From: Promethearchaeia archaeon | GTDB lineage: Archaea; Asgardarchaeota; Lokiarchaeia; Sigyniarchaeales; SOKP01 | Reading direction: 5' to 3' | Length of the DNA: 33,034 nt | Assembly (NCBI GenBank): GCA_046483985.1 | Contig: JAWOCD010000049.1 | Span: forward strand, 1 to 33,034 | In this document: positions 27,740 through 33,034 of the stretch, piece after piece | Position numbering within the stretch: the stretch's first letter is position 1 | How the letters are laid out: every line of letters begins with the position of its first letter | Position numbers and translations under genes: made by a program | The notes under the pieces: model-generated | What the model saw: only the letters and a program-made list of their open reading frames with translations | Told to the model about the DNA's origin: nothing | Database searches by the model: none

Positions 27740-29587
27740 TTATAATTTATCTAAGCCTAATTCTTCCAACTTAGATTTATGAGGTCTTCCCGTTTTAGAG
27801 TCCCAATCTCTGACTTTATAATAGTGCTTCTTTAATTTTTGAAAATCTGGAGCTTTTCCTCTCACCACACCCTCATTAAGTTCTGTTCTAAGAACCTTGG
27901 GGAGATAATCGTCATCAGGAGTTATTCCCATTTTTACATTGAACATACGCTTCATATTGAATATCCGCTCCCCTAAAGTCTTTAGCTTCTCAATGTCAAT
28001 CTCCAAACCTAACAACCCGTTAATCATTTCAACTATATAAGACGGGGGAGGATTAAAAAAGACACATGCAATTAGACTCGAATATAATGCTCTATAATTT
28101 TGAAGGCGGGCTGTAGCTTTTGCCATCTTCTTGCCGCTGGAATGCATATCAATTTTTTCAATATCAAGTTCGCTAAAATCTATTTCATTAGTTTTCCGTG
28201 ATGCCTTATAGACATCCGCCGTGGTATGACAGGCGCCTCTATGACTAAAAGCATAGGTTAATGCCATCCCAAAACAAGATCGGGGGTCGTGATATGGCGC
28301 TTCTAGTTGATTAACGGTGGCAATTTCATCAAGGTCAATCCCGAATTTTTCTCCAACGGCATTAGATCCCTCTGCTAATAAATCTCCAACACCTTCTCGA
28401 CTGGCTATTTTTTTTACTAATTCCAACATTGCCTCATAATTGCCCCAATCTAATTCCAATCCGTCAATATCACTACTATCGATTTTTCCCTCATTATAGA
28501 GTTTAAACATTAACGCAATAGTGCCGCTGGTGCTTATAGTATCTAAACCGTAAGTATTACAGAGATCATTTGCTATCGCGATAGATTCCAAGTTATTGTT
28601 TAGAATCATCGAGCCGAACCCGGCAATTGTTTCATATTCAGGCCCTTCCACCTTTTCTGCATGGTATTCTTTCTCTTCAATATCGATGATTCTTCCACAT
28701 GCTATAGGACAACCATAACAAGCTTTTCTTTTAACAAGTAATTCTTCTTTATATTTTTCTGCTGCAATATCCATAACATGTTCCCATTTACCTTTAGACC
28801 AGTATTTGATCGGTAAATCCCCTACGCCATAAGCACCTAATACACCGGCGCTTGTTCCATATGTACGCAAAATTTTTGTGGTGTCCATTCCTAAAACAAA
28901 CTTTAGTGTGTTCTTTACGCTTTCACTAAAGTTTTCTGGTTGAGCGGCTTGTGGTTTTGAATTTTTCCCCCTAACCACAATTCCCTTGAGTTTTTTATAT
29001 CCTAAGATTGCTCCCATTCCAGTGCGCCCCGCAGACCGCCCTTCAGCGTTTACATTTGCATATTTTACCAAATTTTCTCCTCCCTGCCCAATACACAAAA
29101 CTTTAGCTTTCTCATCCACTTTTTCCTTGAGAATTTTTTGTGTCTCCTTAATTCCTTTGCCCCAGAGATTTTTATCGATTACCAGTTCAATTTCTCCATT
29201 TAGAACCTTCATATAGGTAGGCTCTTTTGCTTTGCCTTTTATAATAATCCCATCAAATCCCGCTTTTCGTAACTCCGGTCCGAATGTCCCGCCACAATTT
29301 GCTTCTCCCCATAAGTTTGTATATGCTGATTTTGCACAAATCACGAATCTTCCAAAGCACGGTGCTTTTGTCGCGCTGAATGGACCGTTCATGATCATGA
29401 GGATATTTTCTTCACTGAGCGGCTTGGTATCCTCCTTAATGCGATCATATAAGTATCTGCACGCAAATCCAGCGCCACCCAAGAATTTTTCTCCGTATTC
29501 CTTGTTTAATGCTAAAGATTTAGTTGTTCCCTCAGTAAGATTTACCTCTAATAGCTTTCCAGAGAACCCATAATATTTCTCATTCAC
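27740..29587 (-). CDS. aor: Aldehyde:ferredoxin oxidoreductase family (W/Mo-pterin)
   Basis: Motifs GKLLEVNLT, ANCGGTFGPELRKAGFDG, AGRTGMGAILG, CYGCPIAC, EGPEYET, GLDTISTSG, RGACH and a C-terminal KLEELGL; GTG start. Confidence 0.93.
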   Translation of the reverse strand: MNEKYYGFSGKLLEVNLTEGTTKSLALNKEYGEKFLGGAGFACRYLYDRIKEDTKPLSEENILMIMNGPFSATKAPCFGRFVICAKSAYTNLWGEANCGGTFGPELRKAGFDGIIIKGKAKEPTYMKVLNGEIELVIDKNLWGKGIKETQKILKEKVDEKAKVLCIGQGGENLVKYANVNAEGRSAGRTGMGAILGYKKLKGIVVRGKNSKPQAAQPENFSESVKNTLKFVLGMDTTKILRTYGTSAGVLGAYGVGDLPIKYWSKGKWEHVMDIAAEKYKEELLVKRKACYGCPIACGRIIDIEEKEYHAEKVEGPEYETIAGFGSMILNNNLESIAIANDLCNTYGLDTISTSGTIALMFKLYNEGKIDSSDIDGLELDWGNYEAMLELVKKIASREGVGDLLAEGSNAVGEKFGIDLDEIATVNQLEAPYHDPRSCFGMALTYAFSHRGACHTTADVYKASRKTNEIDFSELDIEKIDMHSSGKKMAKATARLQNYRALYSSLIACVFFNPPPSYIVEMINGLLGLEIDIEKLKTLGERIFNMKRMFNVKMGITPDDDYLPKVLRTELNEGVVRGKAPDFQKLKKHYYKVRDWDSKTGRPHKSKLEELGLDKL

Positions 29588-29698
29588 TATTTTTACTCAT
29601 CCATACCCAAATTGATTTATTCTACTTAGGTAAAATATTAAAATACATTAAATTTTATGATTATTCAACAAACTCAAAATATGAGAAAATGAAAAAAT

Positions 29699-30679
29699 AT
29701 GAAAGCGGCAGTTTTTGAAGATGTTCGAAAGATTACATATAAAGAGGATTATCCCAAACCGAAAATTACTCCCGATCATGTATTAATAAAAGTCGCGTAT
29801 TGTGCGATATGCGGAACAGATGTCACTAATTATAAGAAGAAGTTATATCAAACACCCGTGGTAATGGGCCATGAATTTTCAGGTATCATTGCTGAATTAG
29901 GAAAAAATGTGAAAGGGTTCCAAGAAGGAGATAAGGTAGTTGGAGTCAATGTTTCTCTGGAAATTGGACGATCTCCTTCTGGAGGAATGGGAATTTTTAA
30001 GGATGGGGGGTTTGCTGAATATGTGGCTGTCCATAAAAATGATTTATTTCATGCTCCTGCTCCCTCCTCATTGAAAGAATGTGCTATGATTGAATCTTAT
30101 GCGGTCTCGGTTCGTGCATTAAAACATTGTAATATGCCCCAAAATCAAAAAATTATGATTATTGGTGGTGGAAATATCGGACTTGGAGCGCTTGATATTT
30201 TGAAAAATAAATACGATCCCAAATATATCATTGTGACAGAACTTTACGAAGCTCTAAGGGAGAATGCAGAAAATCTTGGGGCAGATGATGCTTTTCCTCC
30301 GAGCAAAGCAAAGTTACGGAGATTCTTTAGAAAGAACGGTGAACCCGATTTTATCTTTGATTGTGCCGGAAATGATAAGACCTTTGATTTAGCTATTAAT
30401 ACCATTAAACGAGGAGGGACTATTGTCTTAGAAGGGTTATATAAAGGTAATGTGGAATTTCCGCTCTTTTTAATGAATAATAAAGAAATTACCTTGATTG
30501 GCACATTATCACATGATAGAGAAGATGTGAAGGATACAATTCAATTATTTAGCGAAGGAATTGTTCGACCAAAAAGACTTATTTCGGATGTTATTCGTTT
30601 ATCAAACATTCAAGAAGGATTTGAGCGGTATATGACTAAAAAAGAACGGGATTTCGTTAAAATTTTAGTGGAAATCTAA
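29699..30679 (+). CDS. Zinc-dependent medium-chain dehydrogenase/reductase (threonine/sorbitol dehydrogenase-like)
   Basis: CAICGTD, MGHEFSG, GDKV, GGFAEY and Rossmann GGGNIG. The four-Cys structural Zn lobe is absent. Confidence 0.9.
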   Translation: MKAAVFEDVRKITYKEDYPKPKITPDHVLIKVAYCAICGTDVTNYKKKLYQTPVVMGHEFSGIIAELGKNVKGFQEGDKVVGVNVSLEIGRSPSGGMGIFKDGGFAEYVAVHKNDLFHAPAPSSLKECAMIESYAVSVRALKHCNMPQNQKIMIIGGGNIGLGALDILKNKYDPKYIIVTELYEALRENAENLGADDAFPPSKAKLRRFFRKNGEPDFIFDCAGNDKTFDLAINTIKRGGTIVLEGLYKGNVEFPLFLMNNKEITLIGTLSHDREDVKDTIQLFSEGIVRPKRLISDVIRLSNIQEGFERYMTKKERDFVKILVEI

Positions 30680-31284
30680 GTTATTTCCGTTTTTTTGATA
30701 ATTTTTTCTGCTATTAATCTAAAGGATTCCTCTACATTATCACCCGTTTTTGCGGAGGTATCAATTATATCCAATGCGTTGATTTTGTTTCCTAACTGTT
30801 TTAGTTTCTTTTTATCTGCTTTTCGGGTAAGGTCGTTCTTATTTGCGATGAGGATAATCGGAATATTATTACTATGCTCCATTAGATCCGGATACCAGAA
30901 GGATTCGATTTCACTAAATGTTTTTTCCCGGGTGAGGTCTCCGATTATTAATGCTCCTTGAGCTCCCGCGTAATAAAGATGTCTTGTCCGAGCCCAACGT
31001 TCGTGCCCGGCAATATCCCACAGTTGAAGGTCAATGTGGTTATTTTTATCCGTTTGGACATTAAGTTCCATATTTTCTCTATCTAGTTTTTTAACATACA
31101 TATTTACCCCAATACTTGCCTTATAATCATTAAGAAAATGTCCGGAAACGAATTTCTCAACTAAGCTTGTTTTGCCCACCCCAGGCTCTCCGGTAATTAT
31201 CACTTTTAAAACCCAATGTTGTTCCATTCTTTCTGTTTTTTTCCTTTGCATGTCAAATTCACTTTTGGAGGAAGAAATTTTCAA
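30676..31284 (-). CDS. Small Ras-superfamily GTPase, Rab-like (eukaryotic signature protein class)
   Basis: G1 GEPGVGKT, G2 region ASIGV, G3 WDIAGHE, YYAGA, G4 NKND and G5 TSAK; no C-terminal Cys prenylation motif. Confidence 0.92.
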   Translation of the reverse strand: MKISSSKSEFDMQRKKTERMEQHWVLKVIITGEPGVGKTSLVEKFVSGHFLNDYKASIGVNMYVKKLDRENMELNVQTDKNNHIDLQLWDIAGHERWARTRHLYYAGAQGALIIGDLTREKTFSEIESFWYPDLMEHSNNIPIILIANKNDLTRKADKKKLKQLGNKINALDIIDTSAKTGDNVEESFRLIAEKIIKKTEIT

Positions 31285-31400
31285 TAAAAATTACAACATT
31301 ACATACATAAATAATAACATGCAATTTTATGTCTTTTCATTGAAATATATTTATAAAATGAAAATGACTAATAAATTAGGAAAAAATAATATAATGTGAT

Positions 31401-32498
31401 TTGAAAATGACAACTGGAATCATTTATGATGATATCTATTTGGAGCACCGTATAGGAACTCATGTGGAAAGTCACGAACGGCTTATCGGCATTATGGATT
31501 TGTTAAAGGAACGACAATTATTAGATGATGAGGATTATAAAGTTATTAAACCGTATAAGGCCAGCCTTGAACAGATCAAATATGTCCATGAGGAAGCTTT
31601 AATTAAAGAAGTAGAGGAAATCAGTAAGTTAGCAGAAAAAACGGGCCATATTCAACAACTTGATATGGATACTTCCGTGTCAGCGAAAACTTATGAAGCA
31701 GCGCTTTATTCTGTGGGAGGAAACTTGAAAGGTGTAGATGAGATCTTAAATGGCAATATAAAGAATGGTTTTGCCTTAGTAAGACCTCCGGGTCATCATT
31801 CTAACTCCTATAAATGTTCTGGGTTTTGCATTTTTAATAATGTGGCAATTGCGGCGGAATATTTGCTAAGAGAAAAGGGACTCAAAAGAGTCGCAATAAT
31901 TGATTGGGATTGTCATCATGGCAATGGCACCCAAGATATCTTTTATGAGGGCTCTCCTTCGGGGCAAGGGGATGTGGTATTTTTTAGCTCTCACCAAGAT
32001 GGTAGGACTCTTTACCCTGGAAGTGGTTTCGTAAATGAAATTGGTAAGTCAAAAGGAAAGGGGCATATCATTAATTTTCCAATGCCTCCCAAGTCTGCCG
32101 AGGATGTAGTTATTGAATTTTTCGAGGAAATTATTTCACCTGTTTTGAGTGAGTTTAAGCCAGAATTTATCCTAATCTCTGCAGGATTTGATACTCACCA
32201 CACCGATAGATTGACGGGCATGGGTTGGACCTATGAAGGCCCCGCACATTACCTAAAACTCATAAAAGAAATTGCCTCTGAATATGCAAACGACAGAATT
32301 TTGATTACCTTAGAAGGAGGGTATGAAATTGACAAACAAGCTAATGCGGTCTATAATTGTTTAAAAATCCTTAATGATGAAGATGAGCTAATTACGGAAA
32401 AACCGAGAACTTCAGATCCCGAACTGCTCAAATATGTGGATGTCAAGATATTTCCGAAATTAAAAGGGATTCTTGAACCTTATTGGGACTGCTTTTAG
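31401..32498 (+). CDS. Zn-dependent histone deacetylase family protein (HDAC/AcuC/amidohydrolase)
   Basis: Motifs HVESHERL, RPPGHH, GFCIFNN, DWDCHHGNGTQDIF, YPGSG, SAGFD and LEGGY. The start may be ATG 31407. Confidence 0.95.
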   Translation: MKMTTGIIYDDIYLEHRIGTHVESHERLIGIMDLLKERQLLDDEDYKVIKPYKASLEQIKYVHEEALIKEVEEISKLAEKTGHIQQLDMDTSVSAKTYEAALYSVGGNLKGVDEILNGNIKNGFALVRPPGHHSNSYKCSGFCIFNNVAIAAEYLLREKGLKRVAIIDWDCHHGNGTQDIFYEGSPSGQGDVVFFSSHQDGRTLYPGSGFVNEIGKSKGKGHIINFPMPPKSAEDVVIEFFEEIISPVLSEFKPEFILISAGFDTHHTDRLTGMGWTYEGPAHYLKLIKEIASEYANDRILITLEGGYEIDKQANAVYNCLKILNDEDELITEKPRTSDPELLKYVDVKIFPKLKGILEPYWDCF

Positions 32499-32713
32499 GT
32501 AATTCAATTACGGGATCTTTTCTTTTTTCCTTCTTCTCTTTTTTCATTTTGAGGGCTATGTTTTTTGCTTTGCTAAGGATTTTCTGATTTCCACTAAGGA
32601 AAAATTACATTATGAAAAAAATAAAAAACAAATCAAAACTATTTTAATCCCAAAATAAATATATTAATTAGAAACTAATTTATTCTCAATTAATAATAAT
32701 TAGGTAACTAAAT

Positions 32714-33034
32714 ATGTCGGAAGAGAATGAAAAGAAAAAAGATAAAAAAGACGATCTTGATCTAGATTTTGATTTACCCGATTTAGGATTAGAGGATGAG
32801 GATAAACCATCAATGCCTCCTCCGACTGAAGCTCCACCTTCTACACCGCCACCGTCATCGCCGCCGCCATCAACAGAACCTTCTACACCCCCGCCAGCAC
32901 CTTCACCAACTGAAAGTGCTCCGCCACAACCATCACCTTCAACTGATTCTATGACTAATCCGCCGGCACCGCAACCTTCTCAACCCGCAGCTCCGAGCGG
33001 ACCGTCTCAATCCGAATTTGATAATTTAGAACAA
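32714..33034 (+). CDS. 5' part of a protein with an acidic and Pro/Ser/Thr-rich low-complexity N terminus (runs off the window)
   Basis: Not in the ORF track. ATG 32714 opens a frame to the window end: MSEENEKKKDKKDDLDLDFDLPDLGLEDEDKPSMPPPTEAPPSTPPPSSPPPSTEPSTPPPAPSPTESAPPQPSPSTDSMTNPPAPQPSQPAAPSGPSQSEFDNLEQ. Confidence 0.8.
   Translation, partial: MSEENEKKKDKKDDLDLDFDLPDLGLEDEDKPSMPPPTEAPPSTPPPSSPPPSTEPSTPPPAPSPTESAPPQPSPSTDSMTNPPAPQPSQPAAPSGPSQSEFDNLEQ

Overview
This window looks like two unrelated DNAs joined at about 4150-4156. Bases 1-~4155 are GC-rich bacterial sequence, probably deltaproteobacterial judging by repeat style. They hold the 3' end of a peptide ABC ATPase, tgt, an acyl-ACP thioesterase and an ABC-class ATPase cut off at the junction, with intergenic regions full of REP-like and heptamer repeats. 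Bases ~4156-33034 are AT-rich archaeal sequence whose gene content points to Asgard archaea (Lokiarchaeia-like; an inference). This part carries an unusually long topoisomerase VI B subunit, top6A and a coupled small gene, pyrE, a GH20 hexosaminidase, a zinc-ribbon protein, GINS23 and a polytopic membrane protein with a long HEAT solenoid. It continues with a very AT-rich three-gene cassette encoding a split PEP-synthase/rifampin-phosphotransferase-like kinase, MCM with a 522-aa LAGLIDADG+HTH intein, rubrerythrin, and a divergent atypical kinase/PPP phosphatase pair. It ends with VIT1/CCC1, an aldehyde:ferredoxin oxidoreductase, an MDR dehydrogenase, a Rab-like GTPase, an HDAC-family protein and the start of a Pro-rich protein. 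The best candidates for new biology are the split phosphotransfer cassette (with scrambled copies of its own 5' end just upstream), the domain-expanded topo VI operon, the membrane-HEAT protein and the kinase/phosphatase pair. All calls come from reading motifs by eye; no searches were run.
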